Shown: positions 46,398-60,394 of the stretch, one piece after another
Layout of the letters: each line of letters starts with the position of its first letter
Position numbering within the stretch: position 1 is the first letter of the stretch
NCBI GenBank assembly: GCA_002104905.1
Contig: MCFE01000042.1
Coordinates: 1-64,000 of the forward strand
Direction of reading: 5' to 3'
Source: Basidiobolus meristosporus CBS 931.73
Lineage: Eukaryota; Fungi; Basidiobolomycota
DNA length: 64,000 nt
Notes under the pieces: generated by a model
Told to the model about the DNA's origin: nothing
Database searches by the model: none
What the model saw: only the letters and a program-made list of their open reading frames with translations
Made by a program: the position numbers and the translations under genes

Positions 46398-49300
46398 ATG
46401 GAAACCCCATCCTCGAAAAGCACTTCTGCTGTAGAGGACATCTCTTTTACCGTGGAAGGGGATTTTTCTTTCTCCGATTACTTAAGAGATTCCCCCAAAA
46501 AGTTCAACTATCGTCTTGACGAGACTGCACAGAAAGAGATACTCCGTGTGTTTCTGGCCTCGCTATGCGGCTTCAATCAGGATTATATAAATCTTTTGTT
46601 CCCCGAGGTGTTTGATCAACACGATGAGTTGAAACCTGAAAGTAACCTGGACCCCGAGTACTTGCCTTCTCAAAAGGGCAAGCCTTGCGGTCATGTCTTC
46701 AAGAGAGGCGAGGGCGTATATCGTTGCAGGTATTTTCTACGCTCCATGTTACACTAACGAAAGTGAGTCGCTAGTCGTCGGTTGAAACTAACTTTCACAT
46801 CTACAGAAACTGCGCCCTGGATGACACATGTGTACTTTGCGCCCATTGTTTCCATGCAACAGATCACACCGGACACGACACTAGTTTTTCTGTAAATTCC
46901 GGTTCTGGTGGTTGCTGTGATTGCGGTGACCTAGAAGCTTGGAAAATTCCCCTCAAGTGTAGCTACCACACTGCGGACGAGATTCAAACAGAGCAGGCGC
47001 CGGAGAAAGAGAAAGGAGAGGACACACAGCCTGTACCCGATGACCTTGTGTTTTCGATTCAGATGACGCTATTGACCGTCATGGATTTCATGCTTCAAAC
47101 CCTTTGTTTTTCTCCGGAGAGCTTGACTTACTCCAAAGACATCGTTCAGATCAAACAAGCCACCGCAAAGATCGATCAGATAATCGGAAGCGAAGAGCCA
47201 GAGCAAACCATCTACGCATGTATTTTATGGAATGATGAAAGCCACTCTTTCCAAGAGGTTATTGACCAGGTTATGGAGGCTACAGCATGCTCGAAAGCCG
47301 AAGCAAATCGGATCGCGCATCACGTTGATAGCCATGTAAGTTGTTTCCCATACCATACTGCTTTGCAAGTAAAGATGCTAAATCCATGGAAATCAGGGCC
47401 GCGAGACCGTGGAAATCTCCTCATCCATCACACGCCTTCAGAGAGTCGCAAATCGAATCAGCTCAATTGGCCTTAGCGTAACCATTCGCTCAGCTCGGGA
47501 TACTTTTAGGGAAGAAGTCAGCGGAATGTTCATCCAATGGTTCAAAGAGCTGTCGGTAGGAAAGCGCGGCAAAATCGGATCGGTCATGAATGGAAAGATC
47601 CTCCATGTATTCATGGAGACCATCTGCGAGGTCTTGGCACAGGAGCCAAACGTGTACTTCTACGATCAATACGATGTTGATGACAGTCAAAGCGAAGGAG
47701 AAAGCGATGCAGGCAGCAACGTTTGTATGGATGAAGACGAGGAGAATTACAATCCCGGCGAGACGAGCGAGGAGAGAGTGTCTATGGATTACCACTCGTA
47801 TTACGGCGACACTGCGATGAATCTTGATGAGGATCAAGCCAAGGGCAGCGAAGGCCAAGCTTCTAGCCAAGCACGCAATACAGGCAAAGTAACCAAGGCT
47901 GACGAGCAAACCTCGGACCCTGCTGACGGCTCCAGACCCCATCGCCTGCGTCTGGATAAATTCTTGATCTACGATCTTAGGCTTTGGAGAGAGGCGCGTA
48001 ACAGCCTAAGAGAGCTCTATATCACAGCGTCAGTGGCCGTACCATGGTTCAAGAAGTTCATAGGTATGTTTACATGTTAACCTGCTGAAGGAACAATTCA
48101 CTGACCCTACTGGTAAAGCCGTTAGATTTGCCCTGATGTATCACGAGCTAAGCACTGCTTTTTTGCTGCGGGATCAAGTCCCCGAGGATTCGATCATCCT
48201 GTTTTCAGTGCAAGTGTTCACGGTCCCCACAATCTCGGAATATTTGGTACAGCACTGTGAGTTCTTGACCATGATCCTCGCCATCATGAGGTCCTTTTTC
48301 TTGACTGGGAAAGTCAAACTTACCCAGTTCGAGGTCCCCATATATTTGACCATCGACTGCGACTCGGAGGCAATGCGCAACCGCCGTTATTTCCACATCT
48401 TTAGTGACCTCCGTTACCTGGTTAGCTCCGAGAATGTCAAGCGGGTGATTCCCTTGGAGCCCGCATATTTGGGCCAATACATGGATTTCCTGATCCCATT
48501 CCAGGGAATGAATCCTTCGGTGCGCTACGTGTCGCAGCACATCGAGTACGAGACTGATACCTGGATTAATGCCTTCAATGCAACCCTTCACCACGCCAAG
48601 CTGTGCCGAAACTTTGCCGAGTGCTACACCACCAATACCGATGTTCTAGCCAGAGCGATCAGGGAGGTCATTCTGAAGATATCGGAATGGGCGAATCATA
48701 CTCCTCCCCAGCCAGATGCCGATGACGAAGAGAGTGGGTCTCAGAGACGTGTTGAGCACCAACCTCCCAAATTCAAATCAGCCAACGGCTACAACATCAT
48801 TGACTATGCGATTTCCAGCCAGCCAGTGTCGTTCCACCACCCGCTGCACTGGTTCTTCGGTGGGTTGCTTGAGAACGTTCACCTGCTGGAAGCATCGGCA
48901 ATCCAAGAGGCTGGCTACAGCGACTTTAAAAGCATGCTATTAGACATTGGCGAGGGAGAAGGCACTGATCGTTTCCTGGCACTGGTTGACTATCCCGTTC
49001 GAGGTACGTAGCTTCTTCCGCAGGATGCGAGCCTATTATTGATCCCATTTATTTATGTTTCTAGTCAGCGGATTGCTAGCTCAGATTCGCGCGGGACTCT
49101 GGGTTAGAAACGGCTTTGGCATACGAAACCAGGTATGTCTTTTTGAGTCTTCTATTTCGCCATCGATGATAGAAAACTAAGCTTGCTTGCCACTCTAGGC
49201 TCACCATTATCTCGATTGCTCTTTGCGCGAGAACACCTATGATCTCGAGGTGTTGCTCATCCAGACAGCCCTGGTTGTGTTGGATCCCAACCATGTCTTG

Positions 49301-52300
49301 ATTAACATTGTTGACAGATACGGATTGTTGAATTGGTTCAACAATGTCACCAGTACGGAGTTCGAAGCAACACAAATGATGTTTTTGATCGAGGATCTTC
49401 TAAACCTCATCATCATCTGTGTTGGGGAGCGAGCCATTGTCACCGGTATAACCATGGACGAGAAGGTCAGACGAGAGATCATTCACGGCTGCATCTCCCC
49501 CATTGCCTATTCGGAGCTGACCAAGAGAATTCCTGAGCGATTAATTCAATATGAAAGATTCGACGAGATCTTGAAGGAGGTATCCAATTTCAAACCCCCG
49601 GATGGTATTTCTCACGGATGCTACGAGCTCAAAGACGAGTACTTTGACGCGATTGACCCATACTTTATACATTACTCACGAAACAACCGTGAAGAAGCGG
49701 AGGAGATTCTGAAGGCCAAGATGCAGAAGCAAGCGGCCAACAGGGATGCCCCAGTATTCGTCAAGCCAAAGCTGTCGCCTATCGAGCGAGGCCCGTATGT
49801 CAATCTCTCCAAGACCCTGGACGCCTCGAATCTCTGCCGTATCGTATTCAACGCCCTCTGGTATGCGGTGCACGAAAGTCAAATCAAGTCAGAGACCATT
49901 GTGGATGAGGCACTTCACCTGATTATGATGGCATTTGAGGGGATTGACAAGGAAGACGAGGTAACCTCTTACTCCTCCGGATTCATGTTCAATGCTATGA
50001 CCGAGAAGTATCCCATCCAAGATAACTCCAGCGCAATCACTCTTCTGGAATTCCTTCTGGAGTACTTCGACCACTCGAAATACCCCGAATCCAAAGCCAA
50101 GACAAACTACGTCATCTCCGTTTTCGACAAGTATGGAGGGCCCAGGGCAAAGGAGTCCATCGCGAAGTTCAGGCACGAGGTTGGCCTTATGTCGGAGAGT
50201 GTCGTTGGTGAGATGACAGAGCATGAACGCAAGAAGATGGCCGCCAAAGAGCTTCAGAACAAGATCATGAACGACTTTGCCAAAGCGCAGCAATCCTTCC
50301 TCGCGCAAAACGAAGACTACTTCAGCGACATGGAGGAGGATGAGTACATGGAGGACGACGACTACGTGGAGGATGAGATGTTCGAGCTTGACGACAGCAT
50401 TCATGACGACATTCCCAAGCTATGGGAGCATCCTACTGGAACATGTATCGTGTGCCAAGAGGAACTTGACCGGAATTCATTGTATGGGATGCTCGGGTCC
50501 ATGCAGGATTCCAAGCTATTGCGACACACCTTCCTTGAGGATCCAAGAATGCTCACTCAAGTGCTGGATACCCCGGAGACGCTCGACGACCAGGTTCACC
50601 GAGAGGTGATAGATGATGACATATCGCACTTTAGCGAGGCACTCTCCTTCAAATCCTCTCGGCGAGGCTTGTACGGATCGTCCTGTGGCCATCTCATGCA
50701 TGTGCAATGCTTCAACAGCTACTTCAGCTCGATCGAGCAGCGCCATTCTTTACAGCCAACTCGCAACCATCCCGAACGAACCGAACTCAGGGAATTCATG
50801 TGCCCACTCTGCAAGTCCCTTGGAAACGTCTTGATCCCCGTTCTAACCGAGACAAAAGAGCGTTACGAAAAAGTGATCCGATACGAGAATCCTGACTACA
50901 ACAAATGGATCAGCGAGGAATTCATGACTGTTGCCAAGAGCCTCATCAAAGAGTCGGAAGCCAACGAGGATGCCGAAAACACCGCCAACATTGCTGAAGG
51001 GTCCATTCGCGACTCTGACAGGCTGCCTACTTCCGCTAGATTCCCTGACGGAAGACGGGAGAGTGGGGCCGGAAGATTAAGAGAGGCCATTACCCAATTT
51101 GTTCAAGAGTTCTTGAGAGCCCCAGGTGCCCCGATCGATGCCACCCCGCAAGTCCCCGCCACACCTCGAGATATCGAGGCCCAAGATGGCGAGACTGTCC
51201 TCAAGCAGATGTTCGTCAATATGATAGCTGTGATGCATAGCGTATATTTTAACCAGAGCCTAGAGGAGATTCACGCCAGCCTTCACCAAGCCCCGGAGGA
51301 TTTCAATTTGCTCTCTGACATACTTGCCTACACCATCTCGTGTCTGGAGATCAAGGCGAGAGGAGTGAAAAAGAATGAAACGTCGGTCAACGGCGCACTT
51401 TTAGGGAATATCGGAACCACCACATGGACCTTGCTGAGGGTCCTTCTGAACTCCTTGATCCGCTTCGCGACCGCGTATCCAGAAGCCGATCAAATCCCTG
51501 AGGCGTTGCCGCAGTGGAAAAAAGGTGCCTCACGAAGAATGAAGCAGATCATTTATCATTTTGATCACGTTGCTTCCAGCCGAACCTTCAGCAGATTCCC
51601 CAAGCCAGCGCGCAACAATACTCCCTTGCTAGGGGAAGATCCATTCTTCGTTTTCGTGGAGCTTTGCGGGTTTGCTGTGACCTCGTTGGATCTGGACGTG
51701 TATCACTTGCTTCGACTACTGTACACCGCGGAGGTTGTAAGGGTGATTGTTGCTCTTGGCGAGTCAGCCTTGGCAGAGAATAATGCTGGAAACGATTGGA
51801 AGGAGCAAAGCAAATATCTGCAAAGCGAAGGAGGCAGCGAAGCGTTCGATGTGACCACTTTCTTCACAGAGGTTCTCTCCCAGAGTGGAAAGACCGAGGA
51901 AGAGATCAGGACCGTATTGTCCCAAGTGGATAACCGTATCTTGACCAAGATGATTCGAACCTTCACCTTGCCGTTCCTGAGGAGAGCCGCAATCTTCTTA
52001 CATGTTCGATTTGGCCTGCTGATGCCACCGGCTAACGCTAATCCGTCAGATTCGGCAACCGAATTCGACCGACTATCGGAGTACCTTCGACTCCCCCCTC
52101 TATCCGAAATATGCATCTCTTCACCCATCATCTACGGATGGTGCTATCATCTACAGTGCTATCGCAATAGCTCCAAGTCAATTATGCCGGTGACACCGAT
52201 TCATCTGAATCACCCAAGTATCTTCGAGCTTATCCCACTGCCCAGACGCCTTGACGCGTTATTCCAAATGAGCTGCAACACAATCTGTCAAAGATGCGGG

Positions 52301-52795
52301 AAGGTGCCCTCGAATCCAGCACTCTGTCTGCTGTGCGGAACGCTTATCTGCAGCCAAGGGGACTGCTGTTCCGATGGTAAGCGAGGGGAGTGTTACCGAC
52401 ACATGAAAGAGTAAGTCTTGAAATCCATGTAATCCTGTGAATACTATCTAACCAACTCTTAGATGCCTGGGTAACGTTGGAATGTGTCTCCTGGTAAAGA
52501 AGAGTATGGTGGTTTATCAGCACCACGAGAACGGCTGTTTCATGGACGCTCCCTACTTGGATGTTCATGGAGAGGTTGACCATGGTTTGAGGTAAGATAG
52601 ATTCCAGATTTCATCTCGATTCATCCGATGCCATGCTCACCCATCTACACTTGCAACAGACGAGGTCGACCTCAATATTTAAATATCCAGCGTTACGATG
52701 ATGTCAGACGCACCTGGTTGACTCAAACCATCCCCATCATCGTCGCAAGAAAAATAGAGCAGTCGTTCGACACTGGCGGTTGGGATACGCTGTGA
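46398..52795 (+). CDS. UBR1: N-recognin E3 ubiquitin ligase UBR1 (UBR box, ClpS-like domain, RING-like), 7 introns
   Basis: UBR box CGHVFKRGEGVYRC|RNCALDDTCVLCAHCF..GGCCDCGDLEAW, ClpS-like LWNDESHSFQEVI, RING-like CIVCQE...SCGHLMHVQCF...EFMCPLCKSLGN, and C-terminal PYLDVHGEVD. Confidence 0.95.
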
Positions 52796-53366
52796 TCCCT
52801 TGGTCTTTATATCATCATCCCAATTCAGTACTTAACATCAAATAAACTCCACCTTTTGCTGAGGCAACAAGTGATGTGGTGACTTGTTTTTGCCAATGGT
52901 TTAATTTCCCCTGGGGAGTTTTGTGCGAGAACAGGTATTGTCCAGATATAGAATAGATTGAATGTGGCTTTTCCGCGAGGCTTCCGTTCGTCTTCAGATT
53001 ATGAGTTAATGATTATGGTGACTGGTAGGGAGGCTGGTTGTCAGTGTTCAGATCTTTTAGGTTTAGGGTTAAGGGGACTTGAGGGTGAAAGAGCTACAAT
53101 TTGGAAACGAAAGAAAAGCAGGTAAAGCGAATCCGGCAGATTATGAACATCCTCCAATGCAATCGAAGTGTATGAATCTCAACTCTAGAAATCGTGGTGT
53201 TTTGCATGCATTACTGATTCTAGCCGTCTAAACGAAGCTATTTTAACTAAATTGGTGAGGAATATGAATACCTAGTGGAGTCAAGGGGACATTATGATTA
53301 ACGAAGAGAATGAGTAAAGGGTTTTGGTGATAAATATGCCATTCCACAGGAGGCGGCAGTCAGTTC

Positions 53367-55267
53367 CTATTCGAAACACCACACTTCCAGCCGATCTCCA
53401 GGACCTTCTTCGGGGGTTTCGTTAAGCCAATTTCTGGCCATCTCCATGTCTTCTTGGTCAGTCATGAGTACCAACTCGTCGTCCTCATCCCGATACTTGA
53501 GCTTGATGGGTTTTAATATTTCGAATTTCTCTTGGATTCGCATGACAAGCTCGCTAAAAGATATGTCGTTCTGTACTAGAAGTACTCGTGTGTCGTGGTG
53601 ATGGCACTTCACTTTCAACTACAATTGCCAAAGCACACAATCAGTATTGGACCTGTAAGCTTTAGGCGGCAAAATTGAAGTAAACTTACCAGTCCCTTGG
53701 GTATACGGACAGATTTACTGCTAAATATCGACATACTATCTTCGGACGAACCGAAACTTGAACTGGGCGAAGGAACCTTTGCTGACGGTGACGAGGAATC
53801 AAAGCTATCCCAATTACCAGCCCTGGCTGGCGCGGTGTTGATGGGATGGCTCACCTCGAGTGCGGTATAGATATCTAGTTTAGGGACCTCGGCAACCCCT
53901 GCATTCCCTGCCTCAGCATTGTTCCGGAGCAAACCATATTGCTGGCGGAAGCGTTCCGCGGCTCGAGGATTACCTCCGTTGGTGTGGTGGATATTATCGC
54001 TACTTGTGGCTCGACGTACTACTCCGCCATTAATATTGCCTTTCATGCTAGCATAGGTCTTGGGAAGATTTCGATATTTGGCATCTTTGCCCACGGCATT
54101 TCGTGCGAATTGATTGTTAGCATAAGGGTTGGTCACTTTTCTGGGGGAGAAGACTGGTTCAGAAAGTGGCTTTCCAAAGCCAGCTTTCGATACAGGAACT
54201 GGGCTGGTTGTGCTATTGTTGGTTGCCTAGGAGCGAGTGAGCAAAATGGATTCACAATAAACGCTGCCACGACGTACCCTGCGAACCATAGCACCCTTGA
54301 ATCCAGTGAAAGTGTCTCCGTCTTCAACTGCGGCGATTAGTTTGGAGTTCCCAAGATAGTCTACTTTCTTTGAATTTTTGATCTTGTTCTCACAAGGTCG
54401 GTAAAGCAAACCGGTGGGTAAGGAATATATCGGGCAATCCTGTGCAAAACCACCTTGATGAGCACCCACTGGGTTTGATACCGTTTACAAATGTCACTTA
54501 CCCTTCCCTTATTGTCGATGGCCCGATCCACAATTCGGTGCTCTCCTATTTGTTTCTCTTTTTGTGCGGCCAACAGGTCGTTCATTCCGAGAGCGTCCTC
54601 GTTCAGCTGGAAGTAGCACAAGGCTCTGTTATATAGGACTTCACAAGAATACAGTTTGAATGTGAGCCCCAGTTGTGAGTAATCAATGTACAGATTCCCA
54701 CGAAGATACTGTATTGACAAGTGAAGATTAGCCGAAGGTGGGCCAGGCATACATGTCGATAGCATTCGCATTACCAGAAGTGCGTCATTGAAGTCATCAA
54801 AGGCAGCGTGAAAATCTTCAAGTATCATATTGGATACACCTTTCTGGAAATAGGCGATTGCGAAATACTGATCAAGCTGAAGTGCGGAAACGTAGGCATG
54901 AATCTGGGTTGTACCAAGACCAAGATTAGTGAAAATCAAGTGGAGAAGTTCGTTTCAAGCCTTACCGCAGATTCATGGTCGTTCATAGCGCCAAGAATCA
55001 CACCAATGTTAAAAAGGATCTTGGCTGAATCAGCGATCCCCTTGAGTAGAATTATCTATGAATGAAAGAGCCAAGAACGGGCGGTAAGTCAGCACATACC
55101 TCAAACAAGTCCAACGAGGCTGCATAATCTTTGTCGTCAAATGCTTTCGTGGCTAACAACCATTGCTCTAGCTCGGCCTATATTGATTACCAAAATACAT
55201 AGCTGTCTTGATTAGAATAGAATAGGCTCGCTCTGGGGTTATAGATAGGTTCAACCTTGAGAGACAT
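53367..55267 (-). CDS. noxR: NADPH oxidase regulator NoxR (p67phox-like TPR + PB1)
   Basis: Spliced N-terminus MSLK|AELEQWLLATKAFD, SKILFNIGV, LDQYFAIAYFQKGVSN, YLRGNLYIDYSQLGLTFKLYSCEVLYNRALC, and C-terminal PB1 KVKCHHHDTR...KLKYRDEDDELVLMTDQED. Confidence 0.92.
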
Positions 55268-55738
55268 CCCAATGTGCAAATCAGAATAGTCGATGGTAGG
55301 ATGAGGCGCCTAGGACTGTCGATACAATTTTTTGGACGGGCGTAAGGTGGGCGTTGGTTAGAGTTTGTTAGAAATAACCCAAATCAAATTTCTGAACTGC
55401 GGGCTTATATAGCGTTAGGAGAATATCAAGGTGCGCATACAATCTGGAAACATCCACTCAATTGTACCAATATTTGGCTGCATGGGTAGGCACTCCATCC
55501 TCAGGTAGCATTTAACAGTATCGCCTCATTGATTATATCCAGGCAGCCTGATTGTAAACATAGTGTTCAATTTAGTTCCCTTTAGTTTTATTAAATGTTT
55601 GGTTGTTGGTGTTGATTGGGAATTAATTGGATGATCTACTGACTTGACGAGCAGCGTGCCCGTTATAACCTCGCATCAGGATACGCTTTACTACACAATA
55701 GCGCATAATGAGTTTGAGGTTTGTAAGGAGGGAATCCA

Positions 55739-55770
55739 GGCATTGAGGCATTGAGGCATTGAAGCATTGA
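55739..55770 (+). repeat. (GGCATTGA)x4 octamer tandem repeat (last unit AGCATTGA)
   Basis: Read directly. Confidence 0.85.
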
Positions 55771-56703
55771 TATTCATTTACAGCAGCACTCTAACTTTGC
55801 CTACTCTGACTATTGCTCCATTGGTAGGGGATACAAGATAGGGTAAATGGGGGGGGGTACTGAACCAGTGGCGGGCTCGGGTGGAATGTTTTCATCCGCG
55901 GCCAGTGAAGATCTTAGGATAAACAAGGGCGAATGCACCCCTTGAAATGGCTCGCATGTATGTCGACATTAGCGATAGAGTGTTGTCACCCTGAATTTCT
56001 ATATTAGCTACAGCTCGAGAGATCACCAGCAACAATCCGAGGATTATGGCGATTCTTATATTCCCTCCCACCCCAATACTTCCTGAAATGAAGCGCTTCT
56101 TTATTATATGCTGTCGCATGGCCGTAGCATACATATACCAGGCAAACAATACGAAGCACCAGAAATGTAGGAGAGCGTCAAGAATACTCTCGGATTGGCC
56201 TATAAAGAGCAAGTTAATTATATAGCATTAGCGCTGGTTTCGGATGGGAACAAACATCAGTGGGAACTCTTCGCACCTTAACTCGTGAAAGTACCCAGTC
56301 ATCCTTTGATTCGATATCCCTTCGCCACTCCTGGACTCCACTCGATTCCCTCAAATGGCAGACGAATTCTCATCCTGAGCACATCGATCGGAGATAGACT
56401 CAGATCGCCCATGACCCAGTGAATTCCGACAACGTTCTTTCAGCAAATTTGATCGTTTATTATCTTCTATGTTGAGACAGAATGTAATAGAGAATCAAAC
56501 AAGGGTTGGTTGGACAATTATAACAGAGATTGAGGGAGAAGATGCCAGAATCTAAAAACGTACAAATATAACAAATGGGAAGAATCAATTAAACACCCAT
56601 ACTATGGAGGTTCAAGGCTGAACCTACTGTGATTCTACAAACCTTATCTGGTGGTTTCGAAGGGTCCTGTATGCCATCCAAAATTAACGTGATCTCAGCT
56701 TGC

Positions 56704-59700
56704 TTATTCAGGGATTTTGCCATGAACTCGGAATCGGTAAAGACATGTATATGTCTCTTGGCCATAATTGCTTAACACGCGAAGCTGCACTATACGCACT
56801 GGCCTGGTGGTTGTGGTGTGAGCTTGAACGGAGAAGGTTTGAACGTTGCGGGGATTGTTGACATCGTACTCATAGCTGGAAAGGAAATGCTGGATGTATA
56901 GTTTGCCTTCGTGCTCCACTGTCTCTCCGCTGATCTCATCCTCGACATCACCAGTCTTCTCGTACAATCCATAAACTGCCAGTTTCCTGGGCGCACTGCC
57001 CACATCGATCGCGACACTGCGTGGCACATGCTCAACTGAGAATTCCGTGGGAATGATGTTGCGGGAAAGCAGAACAGTTAGGTTCCCTTGAGCCCCAGGG
57101 AATGGCCAGCATCGTCCCAGATGTATATCTGGGGTGAGCGCAATGGTTGGTGGATTACCCGACCCAAGAACATCCAGGTTGAACACTCGGGCTACTAGTC
57201 GGCCTACATAGGAATTCGACGGAACGTGATATGTTGCAGAGGTCAGAGATGGAATGACTCGACCACCGCCAGAATACAATGCAAAGTCGGGAAGACCAAG
57301 AGTGTCTGCAGAGTATTTCGCCAGTGCGCCTTCTATAAGATGATTTACCAGAGAAACCGTATCGGGGTTCTCGATTATCGCGTGTGAATCAACATCCAAA
57401 TTTTTCCGGATCTTCTGCTCGAACTTTTGGGTAACCGAGTCGATATCCTTCTGGATTGCCGAAGTGACATCGTCCTTCAAACTCTCCAGCTTGGCTTGCA
57501 AAATAGCGACGAAATCCTTCTTGCCAACCACTGCCCCTGTGTCCTTCATAGACTTTACTGACTTGTCGATATTCGTTCGAATCAAGGCATGAAGCTCTTT
57601 CTGGTTAGATTCCAAAAACTCATCCCAAGAAGGAAGATCAGGTTGATTTCGATCTTACTAGGTTCTCCTGAACAACGGACTCTAGCTTTGCAGGTGTGAC
57701 GAATAGGGAGTTCAAGTAATGGTAGAATTCAGGTGCAATCTCAACGCTACCCGTTTCGCCATTCTTGCTGGCAACAAGATATTTCGGTAAAGTGTGCTTA
57801 ACAGTGTCTAGGATCTGATGGGAATAGTAATCAAGCTGGGAAAGCTTAGCCACTTCCTCCTTCACCTTCTCCAGGCCAATATAGGTGTTCGCAACATCGG
57901 CGTCCAAAGCGTTCATTTTACTCTCGGCCAAGTCAACTTGTTTTCTCAAGGACCCAATATTCAGGCTGAATCCTTCCAGTTTGTGGTCATTCTCCTTGAT
58001 GGCTTGCAAAATAGAATCCACCGTAATTTTTTGGTTCTCGTTGGCTTTTACATACTCACCAATGAGATCCTTTAGGGATTCAATCTCCTTGTCGGTATTT
58101 GCCTGATGTGTCACTTCAGAGCTGACTGCCTCACGATGATCGTCGTTTTGATCGACAAGTCTGTTTGCAACAAAAGACAACTGGCGAAGAGAATCCTCCA
58201 AAGATTCCAATCGAGATTGAAGCTCAGCAAAAGATTCGGAATCAACATCAGACCTCTCTGGCTGTGGGGCTACAACCTTTCCATCGGTAATCTTCGGCGG
58301 TTGTGGCTTGCTTGGGACCTTGAAAGAAGGTGCGTATTCGTCAAAGGCTTTGCGTTGCTTCTCCAGCCATGGTGTCAGCCTGACGTCGAATGAAGGAAGA
58401 TAAGACTTGAAGGTTGATAAGGAAACGTCAGGGAGGGAGATTTCAGGGAGAGAAATCTCAGGCAGGGAGATGTCCGGAAGCGAAATCTCAGGTAGCTTCA
58501 ACTTGGGAGGGTTGATCTTTGGTAGCTTTTCGATATATTTATGATAATCCAGGTTCTCGCGAATGTTATCAAGGAGATGCTCGTGATCCCGGCTGGATAA
58601 GTTTGTCCAGACTACGCCAGATATAGCCGCAAAAATCAGCACCAGGCCAAGGTACTTGGTGATGAATCGAAAAAGGGTTGTAAATCCTCTAGCACCCATG
58701 CTAACCAGATCCTGAACGCGCTCCGACGAGGCAATTGCGCGAACTGGAGCAACAAAGAGGGTGGTTGCGATATAACTGGTATACGAGTACAAGGTGACAG
58801 CTATCTCCTTTAGTATCCAAAACACCATGAAAATCAAGAAACCAATCGCCGAGAGAATGCTCTTGATGATTTGCCCTATGCCAGCAAAGCAGCCCACAAT
58901 AGCCGCTTGAATTGGGCGCCAAATAGGAACCTTGATTACTTCAGGATAGTCATCTTCAGACTCAGTTTCGGAGTAAGAGTATTCATCGCTGCTGGGCTCT
59001 TCAGAATTGTCTTCGAAGTCGCCCTCCAATTTACGACTTATTGCACCTTTCGATTGGGAGGCCGATTCATAGAGAGCTGGCTTTGGGCTCCATTCCTCAT
59101 CATCGGATGAAGACGCCAAGTGCTCTTGAATCTGGGCAGGTACGCGTGCAGGAGAGTTGGATGGAGAGTTTGCTCTAGGCCTCAGATAATATCGACCAGC
59201 AACGAGGTTTACTGTATTAGGGGGCTCAATGTTTCGTCTCAACCCAAGACTTCTCGTTCTTCTAGTTTGAAGGGGCTTGGATTGATGCGTCTCAGGGTCC
59301 GACTCTGACTCCGAGTTTGTTTGAGAGTCTCTTTCTTGGCTTTCATTACGTTGAGGTGTTCCGGCACGAATCCACATGGGGGATTTTGGAAGAATAGAGG
59401 CTAGCAAACGACGACCTAGACCAGTAGAGTGAGGAGTTTCAAATTGCTCATCTTCCTGAGAATCAGTGGCGGAATTCTTGTCAGAAAGCTCCTCCTCGGT
59501 GGCAGTGTCTTCTTGGTTTTTAGTAGGAACAGGTGTGTTGTGAATGGAGGTGCGTGAATTCCGAGATGATTCAACTGGATCCACAGTAGAATCCGAAAAT
59601 CCAGAGAGCTTAAAAGCAGTTGCTATGTTGACAGAGGTATTCCCTGTGGGAACGGAGATGCTGGTGCGTCTAGTGGTAGTTTCGACAGTCCGGCGGACAG

Positions 59701-59743
59701 AGGTGGTTCTCCGTGTCGATCTTTTGAGAGGTGTATCAGACAT
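56704..59743 (-). CDS. sad1: SUN-domain inner nuclear membrane protein (Sad1/UNC-84-like), ORF break at about 57620-57660
   Basis: Basic/Ser-rich N-terminus, hydrophobic TM region, coiled coil, then a SUN domain (DFALYSGGGRVIPSLTS, GRCWPFPG, SVEHVP, YEYD, QLRVLSNYGQETYTCLYRFRVHG). Confidence 0.9.
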
Positions 59744-60394
59744 GATAACCGTAGTTCAAAAGAAGGCTCTGCTTGGGTAGGGGTGTTAAGATGAGCTCGA
59801 CACACGTAAATAATGGATACACTTACTGAGTAAAACACGAAAAATTCAAGTTGATAACAGTTGAAACTGGTATACGCGGAGATTGATATAAACCCACAAA
59901 CACGCCAACCTGAAAACTGATGTGGAATTCAGGGCAAATAGAAATTATAGGGGGCCGAATACGATCGATTTATCCGAAGATTTGGATAATATTTGCTCAT
60001 AATAATAAAGGGAACAGGCCGCTTAGTCAGTGTCTTAATCAAGCATTTACTCACCGTTGTTGTGTAAATAGGACCAAAGTAGATTAAATTGGCCTTCTCC
60101 CCCAAACAATATTTGCTGTATATCCTCAACAGTCGCTCAATATTCGCAGCAGTTGTCCATTGTGACTGTCCTCAGACCTAAATCTTTTTTTTCAGGCTAT
60201 CTGGATGGGTTTTTTTTTGATTTCAATCAAACAGCCTCAAGCCGAGCCTGACATTTGCAAATAAGAAAAAAACCGGAACAGAATGGTTCAGCACTATTTT
60301 TTTTTCTTTTCGAAAAATCGTAGACGAACAATATTTATCATTGCACTATAGTTGAAGGATAAATATATACTTTTGCCTCTACCTTTGATACATA

